DNA from: a virus
Lineage: Duplodnaviria; Caudoviricetes
IMG/VR virus record: IMGVR_UViG_3300045902_000392
Location: 1 to 24,992 of that record
Length of the DNA: 24,992 bases
Direction: 5' to 3' (one strand)
Below, in pieces: positions 24,322 to 24,992 of this stretch. The notes beneath the pieces are model-generated. The model made no database searches and was not told the DNA's origin. It was given only the letters and a program-made list of their open reading frames with translations. The position numbers and the translations under genes were made by a program. How positions within the stretch are numbered: the first letter of the stretch is position 1; each line of letters begins with the position of its first letter.

Positions 24322-24754
24322 ATGCTTGTTTACTCCCGGTCAGATACAATCCAACCGCTAAAATTTGTTCTGGTGTCGCGTTCGTTTTAATGCGATTCGC
24401 TAAGCAAGAAATGATCTGTACGTTGTCGCGCACGTATCCTTTGGCTGTATCGATACGATCAAGACTTGGACTATGATCGGTCCAAATTTTTTCGCCAGCC
24501 TGTAAAGGAATTCCCAAAATAGGGCAATGAGACGGAATGATGATGTCAGCCGGACTCAATGCGAATTCGAATCCATGCTTCTTTGCGCGCGCTTTAGCTA
24601 GATGAAACAGCCGTTTGGCGACTGAACTAGACCAGAAATGTCGGTGGGAGATTTCAGCACTTCCCCATCGCTGAATTCGACTATGATGCATCGCACAGTA
24701 ATGGGTAGAATGAACAGGCTTCGAGCAACCTGTCACTTCACAAATTTTCTTCAT
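24311..24754 (-). CDS. HNH-type homing endonuclease
   Basis: CPILGI, PSLDRID..KGY...NV.IIS..AN..K; N-terminal C..C/C..H module; AAGGAG RBS. Confidence 0.85.
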   Translation of the reverse strand: MKKICEVTGCSKPVHSTHYCAMHHSRIQRWGSAEISHRHFWSSSVAKRLFHLAKARAKKHGFEFALSPADIIIPSHCPILGIPLQAGEKIWTDHSPSLDRIDTAKGYVRDNVQIISCLANRIKTNATPEQILAVGLYLTGSKQAYAK

Positions 24755-24992
24755 TACTCCTTCCTTCGCCACGTATTTTTGGCGACAAAAATGGCGCGTC
24801 AGGCAGCGATGGCTGACGCGCCCGCCAATAAGATTCTGTCGGTTTGAAAACTATCGAATCCTGAAAGCTGTCGGGTATTTAGAAGATCGAACGACCTCTC
24901 GAAAAGAGACATTCATCCATACTAGTACAATACCTAACCTCTTTGTTTCGAACAACTTACGACCAAACAAAATTTTGCTTGGTCACTTATAT

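Noticed and set aside
1-24992. Genome-wide stop-codon reassignment
   Set aside because: Conserved genes are full length under code 11 and end in TAA, TGA or TAG; only one internal stop was seen

Overview
Segment of a large T4-like (myovirus/jumbo-type) phage genome. Evidence: T4-type RNase H, a DUF6433-like protein, a RuvC-like nuclease, a class II ribonucleotide reductase, TAAAYA late-promoter boxes and proteins starting with T4-style capsid-targeting peptides. The left end carries an operon of a J-domain/kinase-like protein, a VWA protein and a divergent PurA-like ligase. The centre is a minus-strand RNA cluster with 19 conventional CCA-encoding tRNAs interleaved with small ORFs, an HNH nuclease, Dps, a 2H phosphoesterase (Acb1/57B-like) and a zincin. 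The most striking signal is a family of six Y-RNA-like ncRNAs in that cluster. They share a bulged-C helix of the Ro60-binding type (AGC-C-GA/TT-GCT) and a GGTTATC motif, but carry different tRNA parts: two circularly permuted tRNA bodies, two normal-order CCA-ending tRNAs with the module inserted in the anticodon stem, one anticodon stem-loop only, and one T-arm/acceptor minihelix only. No Ro60 or RtcB gene lies in this window. All calls come from manual reading; no searches or folding programs were run.
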